DNA of 64,000 nucleotides from an uncultured Planctomycetales bacterium (lineage in GTDB: Bacteria; Planctomycetota; Planctomycetia; Pirellulales; S012-138), in NCBI GenBank assembly GCA_937982665.1, contig CALJLD010000243.1:1123-65122 (forward strand). Direction: 5' to 3'. The notes below the pieces were generated by a model, which saw nothing but the letters and a program-made list of their open reading frames with translations, made no database searches and had not been told where the DNA came from. Below are positions 1-9,060 of this stretch, piece after piece (position 1 is the stretch's first letter; every line of letters begins with the position of its first letter). The position numbers and the translations under genes are program-made.

Positions 1-168
1 GCCATGCAAATGTGCGCAGACGCCACGAGTTGCCCGCTTGGGGCGAACGAATCGAAAAAAATCTTTGCCAATTCCCGATTTTTTTGGCAAGACGGCGAAC
101 TTGAATTGTGGGGCTGAGGTACTGCCTTTCACATCCCGGCTCTGGTCGCTTTCTCGAGGGAGTTTGCC

Positions 169-1986
169 ATGCGTCGTCGTGCAAATCCGCGCTTTCTCTG
201 GGCATTCGTTTGGGCATTTCCGATTGTGGCTGTCGCGACCATTCTGCATGCGTCGGCCACTCCCGGCTCGCTGGAAGCGGGCGAACTGGCAATTGATGGC
301 CCTGCCACTGAGCGAAGCGCCATCTCGCATGCCGCGGAGTTGTTTCCGGCAAACGCCTTCGCCTATTTGCAGATTCGCAATCCCTCGGCGTTGGTCGAGT
401 TTGGCCAGGACGACCGGATTTGGAATGAGCTCAAACAGATTGGCGACGTCAAACGCAGTCTCGAGTCCGACGGGTTCCGGCAGTTCCAGCAAGTCGTGAA
501 TCTTGTCGAAAACAGGTTGGGGGCAAGCTGGCCGGAGATTGTTGATGACGTCACCGGCGGGGGCATCCATCTCAGCTTTGATCCGTTGCAACAAGCCGTC
601 CTGCTTGTCGCCCAAGCGAAGAACGCCGAGCAAATGGATGCGCTGAGCGAACAGGTTTTGGAATTGCATGCCGCCGGCGCGCGCAACAATGGAACTCCCC
701 CTGCGGAAAAATATGAGTTCCGCGGCGCCAATGGCTGGAAGCTCAATGCTCAAGCCTATTACTGCATCGTTGATGGGACGTTCCTGGCGAGCAACAAGCC
801 AGTCGCCATCAACTTGATGTTGGACCGGTACCACGGCAAAGCGGCCGGTTCTTCGCTGGCCGATGATGATAGCTTCAAGGCTGCCAACTCCGCGGCAAGC
901 GATCGCGATGTCTGGGGCTTCGCGCGACTTGGTCCGCTGCGGATCTTTCAAGAATTCAACAAAGCCATTGCGGGGCCATCCAACAACCCGCTGGCGGAGT
1001 TGATCGCTGGCGGAGTACTCGACGCATTGGGCGAAGCGCAGTACGCCGTCGTTTCGGCCGATATCCAAGATGGCGACATCGACTTGCATGTGGAAATGCC
1101 GTTTGAGCGAGAAGATGTTTCCCAGCGGCGGGCGTGGTACTTTTCCGAGAGTGACGCGGCCGCGCAACCGTTGCTGGAGCCGCCTGGCGTGATTCTTTCA
1201 CTCTCCACGTATCGCAATTTCTCGCAGTTCTGGCTTTCGCGTGATGACCTGTTTGAAGAGGTCACACTCGCAGGGCTTTCCCAGGCCGATACGCAATTGG
1301 GCACGTTCTTTTCCGGAATGGAATTTGGACGTGATGTACTGGGAAGTCTTGAGCCAGGTTTGCGGCTGGTGGTCGCGCAACAGAACTTCGCCCCTGGTCA
1401 GCCGGAGCCTGCGGCCAAGCTTCCTGGTGTTGCCGTGGTTGTCGAGATGAAAGATCCGGACAAGATCTTCCCGCAGTTGTTGGTGGCTTATCAAACGGCC
1501 ATCGGCGTGATCAACATCACCGGCGCCATGAACGGACAACCGAAGCTGCAAATGGGCATGCAAGAACACAACGATGCGCAAGTTTGGACAGGCACTTATC
1601 TGCCAGACCCAAACACGGATGTTGAAGCCGCGCCGATTGTCTTTAACGCGTCGCCATCTTGTGTGCGAGTGGGCGATCACTTTGTGTTCTCTTCGACAAC
1701 GGAACTGGCCAAACAACTGGTCGACGAATTGCAGAAAACGACGGCACCGACGAGCGACAATTCACGTCTCTTGACCAACTTTGACGTGCTGAGCGATGTC
1801 CTGGAAGAAAACAAAGCTGCCCTCGTTGCCCAAAATATGTTGCAGGAAGGAAGTACGCAGGAAGAAGCCGAAGAACAGATCAGCCTGATCATTCGCTTCC
1901 TGCGGCGAATTGATCCAGCGTCCATTCAATTTGCGGCAAACAATGACAAGCTGACCTTGGATGTCAGCCTCGGACTGCGTGATTGA
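169..1986 (+). CDS. secreted hypothetical protein (605 aa)
   Basis: Long ORF. The N-terminus MRRRANPRFLWAFVWAFPIVAVATILHASA resembles a cleavable signal peptide. No catalytic motif recognised. Confidence 0.7.
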   Translation: MRRRANPRFLWAFVWAFPIVAVATILHASATPGSLEAGELAIDGPATERSAISHAAELFPANAFAYLQIRNPSALVEFGQDDRIWNELKQIGDVKRSLESDGFRQFQQVVNLVENRLGASWPEIVDDVTGGGIHLSFDPLQQAVLLVAQAKNAEQMDALSEQVLELHAAGARNNGTPPAEKYEFRGANGWKLNAQAYYCIVDGTFLASNKPVAINLMLDRYHGKAAGSSLADDDSFKAANSAASDRDVWGFARLGPLRIFQEFNKAIAGPSNNPLAELIAGGVLDALGEAQYAVVSADIQDGDIDLHVEMPFEREDVSQRRAWYFSESDAAAQPLLEPPGVILSLSTYRNFSQFWLSRDDLFEEVTLAGLSQADTQLGTFFSGMEFGRDVLGSLEPGLRLVVAQQNFAPGQPEPAAKLPGVAVVVEMKDPDKIFPQLLVAYQTAIGVINITGAMNGQPKLQMGMQEHNDAQVWTGTYLPDPNTDVEAAPIVFNASPSCVRVGDHFVFSSTTELAKQLVDELQKTTAPTSDNSRLLTNFDVLSDVLEENKAALVAQNMLQEGSTQEEAEEQISLIIRFLRRIDPASIQFAANNDKLTLDVSLGLRD

Positions 1987-2013
1987 AACGTTCGTGATTG
2001 GAAAGTCGTTGCG

Positions 2014-3030
2014 TTAGGTTTCAATCTTCATGCGAACGCCGCGACGATAACTTTCCTGACCGGCGAGGACGATTGTCAACGCACGATAGGCGTCCTCCAA
2101 ACCCGTCGGGTTGTGGAGCAAGCTCGTCACGCAGCGATAAAACTGTAACAACATCAACTCGCCCACAGGCCGTTCACTGTCCAACGACTCCATGTGGCGG
2201 CCGGCTTTGTCAAACCAGATGATGGTTGACGGCAGATCGACGAAGGCAATGCCGTGCTCGCAGGCAACTTGAAACGCTGGCGGCGGCCGGAAAGTCACCG
2301 CTTCTGGCCAATCGGCCGGCATATACTGGCCGCAACTCACTTGCGCCGTGGTGACTTTGTCCGCGTCTTCCGGATCTCGAAACTCAAGGCTCATCATTTG
2401 GTAGTCGCCATGGAATCCCAGGCTGGGCTCATGCTCAACTCCCATCACGGTTGTCGGGTCTTCGCCAACAACATATCTGCACCAATCGACAAGCTCGATG
2501 AGGTGACTCATCGGTGAGCGGGGCGGCGAGACGGCATGCCCGTTGAGCTTCGTGCGCTGATTGGCGGACAAGCGGGCATGGCAAAACAACAACTTGGGGC
2601 GGCCGAGTTGTGTGGCGATGAGTTCCTTGAGTCGTGCCGTGGCGGGCGCGTAGCGCCGGGGGAATTCCGCCAAGAAAGAAACACCGGCTGTCTCCAGCTT
2701 TCGTTTGAGCGAAGTGGCGCGACCCAGATCCTCATCCAGTCCTTCTGTGCAATAGATCGATTTCCCGGCATCGCAGGCCGCGAGGACCGGCAGTTCTCCG
2801 TACCACCCGCGGGAAAGAACGAAGATGGCGTCAATGTCCGGGCGGCGGGCCAGCGCGCGAAAGCCATCTACGCCACAGGCGCTAAAGTCGTGGATCGCCT
2901 TATCAGCACGTAAGGCGACCGGTTCGCAAATGGCCCGCACCTCAAAGCGGTCGGCGAGCGATCGGAACGCCGGCTTGTAGCGTGTGTCCCAGTCATTTCC
3001 CAGACCGACGACACCAATACGCAGCTTCAT
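2014..3030 (-). CDS. Gfo/Idh/MocA family oxidoreductase
   Basis: Rossmann-type N-terminus MKLRIGVVGLGNDW. I placed the start at the ATG at 3028-3030. The 131 codons upstream of it in the 469-aa ORF are not protein-like. Confidence 0.8.
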   Translation of the reverse strand: MKLRIGVVGLGNDWDTRYKPAFRSLADRFEVRAICEPVALRADKAIHDFSACGVDGFRALARRPDIDAIFVLSRGWYGELPVLAACDAGKSIYCTEGLDEDLGRATSLKRKLETAGVSFLAEFPRRYAPATARLKELIATQLGRPKLLFCHARLSANQRTKLNGHAVSPPRSPMSHLIELVDWCRYVVGEDPTTVMGVEHEPSLGFHGDYQMMSLEFRDPEDADKVTTAQVSCGQYMPADWPEAVTFRPPPAFQVACEHGIAFVDLPSTIIWFDKAGRHMESLDSERPVGELMLLQFYRCVTSLLHNPTGLEDAYRALTIVLAGQESYRRGVRMKIET

Positions 3031-3325
3031 TGTCGTAAGAGTTGGAAATTCATAGATTTCTTTGGCCCGCGAAGCGTATCTCGCGGAAAGTGACGGCGCA
3101 TTGTACGCGTGGTTTGAGCCGCAAAGTAGGGATTTCTCAGTCTGGCAGCGGCGGATTTTGGATTTGGAGCCCAACCGTTCGTCAAATCCGTTCGAATTCC
3201 ACGGGGCCCTGGCGTCGCCGCATGACAATTCCCTGGGAATGTCGCCTGAAGATACAGCGGCGGCGGGCGATGTGCTAAAACGCACTCGCGGCATTTCGTG
3301 ATCCTTTCTCCTTTGTGCTTGCAGC

Positions 3326-4135
3326 ATGTTGTCAACTGGACAGTGGGTGATGATTGGAGTGGTGGCCGTATTCTTGGCCATCGTGTTCTTCAGTTGGCGG
3401 TTCGCGCGTCGGTACGAATTCAACTTTCTTCAGCTTGTGCTCTATTGGCTGAACTGGCCGCTGACCCGGATCTATTGGCGAACCACGTACAAGAATGGCT
3501 GGCCGTTGTCGCACGAGCAGGGCGCTGTTTGCGTCTGCAATCACACCAGCGGGGTTGATCCGGTTTTCGTGCAGAGGGCGATGCCCAAGATGGGGCGTTG
3601 GATCGTGGCCAAAGAGTATTTTGTTGGGCTCATGGGCTGGTTCTTGCGCAATGCGAAAGCGATCGCTGTCTCGCGCGGACGCGTGGATATGACAGCCACT
3701 AAGACAGCCATCCGTCATGCTCAGGCTGGTGGAATTGTCGGTATGTTCCCAGAAGGGCGAATAAACACAGGCGACGAAGTCTTGCTGCCAGGCCGTCCTG
3801 GCGCTGCTTTGGTGGCCGTGAAAGCGGGCGTGCCGATTGTGCCTTGCTACGTGCAGGGCGTGCCATATTTTGGTTCGCCTATGTCGAGTTTTCGCCGACC
3901 GGCGCGAGTGACGGTCGTGTTCGGCGAGCCGATCGACTTGAGCGAGTATGGCGGCAATGACGACAAAGAGGTCCTGGGCGAAATCACTTTGCGGTGCCTG
4001 AAAGCGATCGCGGAGTTGGCCGGGCATCCCGAGTTTGAACCAACGTTGGCCGGCCGGCATTGGATGAAGGATGCGGAGCGAGAAAGCGAAGCCGAGCAAA
4101 CAGCCGATTCCGCGAGTGCCGAGCCGGGCGTTTGA
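3326..4135 (+). CDS. lysophospholipid (1-acyl-sn-glycerol-3-phosphate) acyltransferase, PlsC family
   Basis: N-terminal TM helix. HX4D motif NHTSGVD and a downstream FPEGRIN block, both typical of PlsC-type acyltransferases. Confidence 0.85.
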   Translation: MLSTGQWVMIGVVAVFLAIVFFSWRFARRYEFNFLQLVLYWLNWPLTRIYWRTTYKNGWPLSHEQGAVCVCNHTSGVDPVFVQRAMPKMGRWIVAKEYFVGLMGWFLRNAKAIAVSRGRVDMTATKTAIRHAQAGGIVGMFPEGRINTGDEVLLPGRPGAALVAVKAGVPIVPCYVQGVPYFGSPMSSFRRPARVTVVFGEPIDLSEYGGNDDKEVLGEITLRCLKAIAELAGHPEFEPTLAGRHWMKDAERESEAEQTADSASAEPGV

Positions 4136-4282
4136 ATTACATCCCGTGTTCTGGGAATCTTCGCGCAAGCGCGGCCGTTTGGCTTTTCTCCACGTGCTTG
4201 ACATGACCGCCAACGCCGTGTTGAATGATCGCTCAACACTCCTTCTGCAACCCGTCTCTTGCAGCATTAACCCGAGAATACC

Positions 4283-4855
4283 ATGGCGAAATCTCCCGAA
4301 GACATGGCGGCCAGCATGATCGCCAATTTGAAAGAGAAGACCGGCAAGACCCTGCCGGCCTGGCTGAAGATTGCCAAAGCTTCCGGCAAAGCCAAACACG
4401 GAGAGATCGTTAAGTTTCTCAAGTCTGAGCATGGCATCGGCCACGGCTATGCAAACTTGATTGCGCATGAACACCTGGGCAGCGCCGCGACTTCGTCCAA
4501 AGGCAGCGGCGGTGATGATCTGGTGGAAGCACAGTACGCCGGCGACAAGGCGGCCTTGCGGCCAATTTACGATGCACTCATCAAGATGGTGCAGGGCTTT
4601 GGCAAGGATGTCGAAATCAGTCCCAAGAAGGCCTACGTCAGTCTGCGTCGCAGCAAGCAGTTTGGTTTGATTCAGCCATCCACCAAGACGCGCGTCGACG
4701 TGGGAATCAACCTCAAAGGCGAAGACCCCGAAGGGCGATTGGAAGCTTCCGGGAGTTTCAACGCCATGGTTTCGCACCGCGTAAAGATTTCGGATAAGAA
4801 GGAAGTCAACGCGGAACTGAAGAAATGGCTCAAAGCCGCGTACGACAAGGCCTAG
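4283..4855 (+). CDS. DUF4287/DUF5655-like protein
   Basis: The N-terminus (KEKTGKTLPAWLKIAKASG...HGIGHGYANLIA) matches my recollection of DUF4287. The C-terminal half resembles DUF5655. Function unknown. Confidence 0.7.
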   Translation: MAKSPEDMAASMIANLKEKTGKTLPAWLKIAKASGKAKHGEIVKFLKSEHGIGHGYANLIAHEHLGSAATSSKGSGGDDLVEAQYAGDKAALRPIYDALIKMVQGFGKDVEISPKKAYVSLRRSKQFGLIQPSTKTRVDVGINLKGEDPEGRLEASGSFNAMVSHRVKISDKKEVNAELKKWLKAAYDKA

Positions 4856-4977
4856 CACGAGCGGCATTGCCAAGTTGTTGCAACGTGCAAAATGCGTGAT
4901 TTCGCGGCGATTGCGTTGGAGTTCTGTTGCTGGAGTGGCGCTCACAGCGGCGTTTTCTCGCGCAGATGAATTAACTT

Positions 4978-5103
4978 GGAAACATTTTCTCGCGCGTGTG
5001 AAACCTTTCAGCACGCGTCCGAAACCTTTTCCCGTGCTTCCGAAACCTTTCGCAACGCGATGGGAATCGTTCCCGAAGCGTCGGAAATCTTTCCCGGCGC
5101 AGA
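4978..5103. repeat. six tandem 21-bp units, each with a GAAAC-N-TTTC core
   Basis: Units start at 4978, 4999, 5020, 5041, 5062 and 5083: GGAAACATTTTCTCGCGCGTG, TGAAACCTTTCAGCACGCGTC, CGAAACCTTTTCCCGTGCTTC, CGAAACCTTTCGCAACGCGAT, GGGAATCGTTCCCGAAGCGTC, GGAAATCTTTCCCGGCGCAGA. Intergenic. Confidence 0.85.
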
Positions 5104-5304
5104 TCATCCGCGTTTCAAAGAGTTGCTGCTCGTGAATAAAACGTTGCGCGGTAATTGTCGTATCTCCCAGAGGACCTAAGTTACGATGGTTGCCGAATGA
5201 TAACTGTTGAAGCCTTGGGGCATTCGCGCGCAGCGCGAACCCCGCTGGGGGACCATGTGACTTGTTGGACGGAAGTCAGAGATTCCCCCTGTTAATAAAT
5301 AAGG

Positions 5305-5346
5305 GTTTGCGCGGGGATTATTTGCACGCGAAAACAATTTTTTCTC
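5305..5346 (+). terminator. possible intrinsic terminator (imperfect)
   Basis: GTTTGCGCG (5305-5313) pairs with CGCGAAAAC (5327-5335) with one mismatch and a 13-nt loop. AATTTTTTCTC follows. Confidence 0.3.
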
Positions 5347-5397
5347 AAATGCCAGGACCGACTTGGCAGCGAGAAAGAGATAGGAGTCTGCAGGAAA

Positions 5398-5913
5398 GTG
5401 ATTTCCATTCGCGAGGAACAGCCGGCCGACCGCGATGCGATCTTTCGCGTCAATGCCGCGGCGTTTGAAACCGACGGCGAAGCCCAACTGGTTGACGCGC
5501 TGCGAGACGCCGGCGATGTCGTGCTATCGCTTGTCGCGGAAGATCAATCGGCGGAGGCGGCGATCGTCGGTCATATTCTCTTCAGCCGCCTGATGATTGA
5601 GACAGATTCTGGTGCTGTCTCCGCAGTGGCATTGGCGCCGATGGCCGTTGTGCCCGAACGACAACGACAGGGGATTGGCAGTCAACTGGTTAAGGCCGGA
5701 TTGAACGGCTGCCGCGAATTGGGCGAACGGATTGTCGTTGTCCTCGGCCATCCCGACTTCTACCCGCGGTTCGGATTCTCTCCGGAGATGGCGCGACCGC
5801 TCCGTTCGCCGTTTTCAGGCGCTGCCTGGATGGCGGTGGAACTTCAGCCGGGCGCGTTGGAGGGAGTCAGCGGCAAGGTTGTTTATCCGGCGGCGTTTGG
5901 GATTGAGGATTAG
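5398..5913 (+). CDS. GNAT family N-acetyltransferase
   Basis: GTG start with TAGGAG 11 nt upstream. Acetyl-CoA binding block QRQGIGSQL. Overall YhbS-like layout. Confidence 0.85.
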   Translation: MISIREEQPADRDAIFRVNAAAFETDGEAQLVDALRDAGDVVLSLVAEDQSAEAAIVGHILFSRLMIETDSGAVSAVALAPMAVVPERQRQGIGSQLVKAGLNGCRELGERIVVVLGHPDFYPRFGFSPEMARPLRSPFSGAAWMAVELQPGALEGVSGKVVYPAAFGIED

Positions 5914-5972
5914 CCGGGAATGACTTTCGTTTCTGGCTTAGTGGAATCCGGCGCGAGACTCTATTTCCCTGG

Positions 5973-5992
5973 ATTCCCGCCTCCGCGGGAAT
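5973..5992. terminator. perfect 8-bp hairpin between convergent genes (REP-like element)
   Basis: ATTCCCGC-CTCC-GCGGGAAT, lying between the GNAT stop (5913) and the peptidase stop (6036). No U-tract. Confidence 0.5.
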
Positions 5993-6035
5993 GACGGTTA
6001 TCACGCACAGCGATACAAGCGAACTCGCCGATGGT

Positions 6036-7379
6036 CTAGCGGCCGCTGTTGTCATTACTTTCCTGCAGCACGCCGTGCTTTCGGCAGATTTCCAGCGCTT
6101 CGTCCAATGGCAATGCGCGGGCGACGTTGCCGTCGCGGCCAGTCGTTGTTTCGGCCTTGAACAAGCTGTTGAGCACGGCTTCTTCGGTCGCTTCTTTTGC
6201 CGCTTGAAAGAGCGGGCTGATGCGGTCATCGCGAACGACTTCACCGGCTTGAGTGTTCTTGCCGCGGACGTACGGAACGCGGAGTTCTTCGGCCGTGCTG
6301 AAGGCAATCACATAGTCACCGCTGCCGTGCGTCATCGGACTTCCCAAGGCGGCCAACCCGAGCAGCGCGCGGCGGGCCAGACGTTCCAATTGCCGCGCGT
6401 CAAGCGGAGCGTTCGTTGCGACGACAATCATGCACGAGCCATGTTCCTGGTCCGGCTCGTCGAGTTCTTGTTGGGCGGCTGGTTGTTGCTGTTGGCGAGC
6501 ATTGCCGGTGCGCGATCGATCGGGGCGACGAAACGCATGCACGCCCAATTCCTCGCCGACCGGCGCGCCGTCGATATTGAGAATGCCGCCGAAGTTCGTC
6601 TGCACGAGAACGCCGACCGTGTAGCTGCCCATGTTTTCCGGCAGCACGCGCGATGACGTGCCGATGCCGCCTTTGAAACCCATGCACCGCGTGCCGGTTC
6701 CGGCTCCCACGCACCCTTCGGCAACTTCGCCCGCTTCGGCAGCTTCAATCGCGGCCCAGGCGTCTTCGCGAGTTACGGACATGGCGCGGATGTCGTTGAG
6801 ATAACCATCATTGCATTCGCCGACAACGGGATTGACGCTTTGCACGTCTTCATTGCCGGGGAGATCGAGCGTGTACGCCACGAGTGCATCGGCGACGGCA
6901 AACGTACTCACCGTGTTGGTCAGCAAGATTGGCGTTTCGATCAGGCCCAACTCGCGGACCTGCGTCACGCCGAGCAACTTGCCGAAGCCATTCCCCACGG
7001 CAATTGCGGCAGGCACTTTGTGCTGAAAGATGTTGCCATCGTGCGGGAGGATGGCCGTAACGCCAGTGCGTTGCGAATCACTGTTGCGCAATGTTTGATG
7101 CCCGACTTTCACGCCCGGCACGTCAGTGATGGCGTTGTGTTCGCCCGGATCAAACACGCCGATGACAATACCGGCTTCCCTCGCTCGCGGGCGATCCGAT
7201 TGTTGCATGGGCGAATCCTCAGCAGGCTCCACAGTCTGAATCGCGAAGGCCGTCAGCGAGCTTGCGCCAATCATTCCGGTAACGATGCACAACAATGCGA
7301 TCTTCTTGACGGAGCGCTTGGCGCATAGTGGTGCAGGCGAATTGCCTTCACAGGAACGGCGCGCAGGTTGTTGCCGCAT
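6036..7379 (-). CDS. P1/DmpA (S58) family aminopeptidase, membrane-anchored or secreted
   Basis: Blocks GVTAILP and KGGIGTSS, typical of the self-processing DmpA/P1 family. The ATG at 7379 has GGGAGA 5-6 nt upstream. Hydrophobic N-terminal anchor. Confidence 0.8.
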   Translation of the reverse strand: MRQQPARRSCEGNSPAPLCAKRSVKKIALLCIVTGMIGASSLTAFAIQTVEPAEDSPMQQSDRPRAREAGIVIGVFDPGEHNAITDVPGVKVGHQTLRNSDSQRTGVTAILPHDGNIFQHKVPAAIAVGNGFGKLLGVTQVRELGLIETPILLTNTVSTFAVADALVAYTLDLPGNEDVQSVNPVVGECNDGYLNDIRAMSVTREDAWAAIEAAEAGEVAEGCVGAGTGTRCMGFKGGIGTSSRVLPENMGSYTVGVLVQTNFGGILNIDGAPVGEELGVHAFRRPDRSRTGNARQQQQPAAQQELDEPDQEHGSCMIVVATNAPLDARQLERLARRALLGLAALGSPMTHGSGDYVIAFSTAEELRVPYVRGKNTQAGEVVRDDRISPLFQAAKEATEEAVLNSLFKAETTTGRDGNVARALPLDEALEICRKHGVLQESNDNSGR

Positions 7380-7455
7380 GACATTCTCCCAAGAATCGAT
7401 TTCTGAAACCAACGATGCCACGCGGTCGAGAGTGTTTTCCGTCTCGCTATGCCAA

Positions 7456-7770
7456 TTAACCCTGCTCCATCATCCGTGCCCGGGCCAGGGCGTCTTCGGC
7501 TTCCTGGATTTTGCCGGCTCTTTGATAGGTCACGCTCATCGCCGTGAAGCTGAAGGGATCTTGTGGCTCCAATTCGCAGACCTGAAGTCCGTGTTTGATC
7601 GCTTCATCGTGCTTTTGCAGCCGGCCATAAATCACGGCGAGCGCGGAATGGGCCAAAGCGTAGTCCGGCTTGGCTTCCAAAGCTTCGTGAAGCTTGGCGA
7701 CGGCCTCTTCCAACTTGCCTTCGTTCTTGAGCCGCTCGGCTTCGTCGTAGATTTCGTGTTCCGTTGGCAT
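7456..7770 (-). CDS. small tetratricopeptide-repeat protein (104 aa)
   Basis: TPR-like repeats (EGKLEEAVAKLHEALEAKPDYALAHSALAVIYGRLQKHDEAIKH...). Start taken at the internal ATG at 7770. Confidence 0.65.
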   Translation of the reverse strand: MPTEHEIYDEAERLKNEGKLEEAVAKLHEALEAKPDYALAHSALAVIYGRLQKHDEAIKHGLQVCELEPQDPFSFTAMSVTYQRAGKIQEAEDALARARMMEQG

Positions 7771-8066
7771 CTGAGTCAGTGTCTCCGCGATTTCTTGATT
7801 GACGAGGGTGCAGGCAGGGCTAGCAGACAGGTGGTTTTGCCCGGCGAGCGCGTGCATTCTAACACCGAATCCTTCGCGTTGCGTGCGGACGAGCACACTT
7901 TTTTGCGCGTGGCGTTGGACATTCGGCAGCAATTGCTGCCAGCAGTCGAGTCGGCTGCCGCTTCTGCCGATAAGACGAGATGGCTGCGTTTGGTGATCGC
8001 GGATTTTTTGCGGCCAACTTCATGCCCAAGCGATTGCTCGTTCGTCTTCACATTTCGGAGTTGCTG

Positions 8067-8936
8067 ATGCTCGCGCACGTTCACCCGTTGGCTTGTGTCA
8101 GCCCACATGCGAATCTTGCCGCGGGGACGGAAGTTGGGCCCTTCGCGGTGATTGAAGCTGGCGTGAATATTGGGCCAAACTGCCGCATCGCCGCGCATGC
8201 CGTGATCAAATGCGGGACAAGCCTGGGGGCAGATAATCAAGTGGGCGAACATGCCGTGCTTGGTGGACAGCCTCAGCACATCGCTCCGCCGGAAGAAACC
8301 GGCCAGCTGAAAATTGGCGATGGCAATGTCTTTCGCGAGCATGTGACGCTGCATCGAGCGATGCACGCCGGCCAAACCACGCTGATCGGTGACGGCAATC
8401 TGCTGATGGTTAATGCGCACGTTGCCCATGATTGCGTTGTGGGGAACGAAGTCATCCTGGCCAACAATGTGATGTTGGGCGGGCATGTGCAGATTGCGGA
8501 TCGTGCGTATCTTGGCGGCGCCGTTGGCGTGCATCAGCATTGCCGGATTGGAAGCCTGGCGATGGTTGGGGGCCAGGCCCGCGTGACGCGCGATGTTCCG
8601 CCGTTTGTGATGGTTGATGGCGAGACATCGTGCCTGGTTGGTTTGAACAAAGTTGGTTTGCGTCGCGCCGGCTATTCGACGGATGATGTTGCACAGCTCA
8701 AGGAAGCCTATCGTTTTATCTACCGCAGCGGTCTGGCCTGGGCTGAGATGCTGGAGCAACTTTGCGAGCAACACACCGCAGGCGTGAGCGCGGCGTTCAC
8801 GGAGTTCTTTTCCGCGGGTCAACGCGGATTTACGCCGGACCGCCGGGGTCCAGCACAGAGGTCGGTATTGAAGATGCCGCAAGTTGCGGAAAGCGCTGCG
8901 AGCAAAGAAGATTCTGTGGTTCGTAAAGCCGGTTAG
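8067..8936 (+). CDS. lpxA: acyl-ACP--UDP-N-acetylglucosamine O-acyltransferase
   Basis: Left-handed beta-helix hexapeptide repeats, followed by the VGLNKVGLRRAGYS and AYRFIY blocks typical of LpxA. Start is ambiguous (8022 or 8067). Confidence 0.85.
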   Translation: MLAHVHPLACVSPHANLAAGTEVGPFAVIEAGVNIGPNCRIAAHAVIKCGTSLGADNQVGEHAVLGGQPQHIAPPEETGQLKIGDGNVFREHVTLHRAMHAGQTTLIGDGNLLMVNAHVAHDCVVGNEVILANNVMLGGHVQIADRAYLGGAVGVHQHCRIGSLAMVGGQARVTRDVPPFVMVDGETSCLVGLNKVGLRRAGYSTDDVAQLKEAYRFIYRSGLAWAEMLEQLCEQHTAGVSAAFTEFFSAGQRGFTPDRRGPAQRSVLKMPQVAESAASKEDSVVRKAG

Positions 8937-9060
8937 CGCGAACCTGACGCTTTGAGTTATTGTCGTTGAATGACTACAATGACAGACAGTTGCTCAACCT
9001 GAGCGACAAACTCATACGCCCCGCGCCGCATTGTTGGGCTTGGTAACGGCGCAAGTCTTC

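Noticed and set aside
3031-3423. 131-codon N-terminal extension of the oxidoreductase ORF
   Set aside because: The extension is not protein-like. The Rossmann fold begins right at the internal Met (MKLRIGVVGLG), as expected for this family.
4978-5103. Possible CRISPR array
   Set aside because: The 21-bp units are directly adjacent with no spacers, are degenerate, and have no cas genes nearby. This is a tandem repeat, not a CRISPR.
3332-5107. 591-aa minus-strand ORF
   Set aside because: It runs antisense across two well-supported plus-strand genes (PlsC-family and DUF4287-like) and the repeat array. The translation is Arg/Gly/Ala-rich and low in complexity, typical of a GC-rich shadow ORF.
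4875-5179. ORFs of 86 aa and 67 aa reading through the 21-bp repeats
   Set aside because: Not called as CDS. Three plus frames and a minus frame are all open, simply because the repeat lacks stop codons. Both ORFs need non-ATG starts and have no clear SD. I kept them as an open alternative in the finding.
7776-8882. 368-aa minus-strand ORF
   Set aside because: Antisense to lpxA, whose hexapeptide repeats and C-terminal blocks identify the plus strand as coding.
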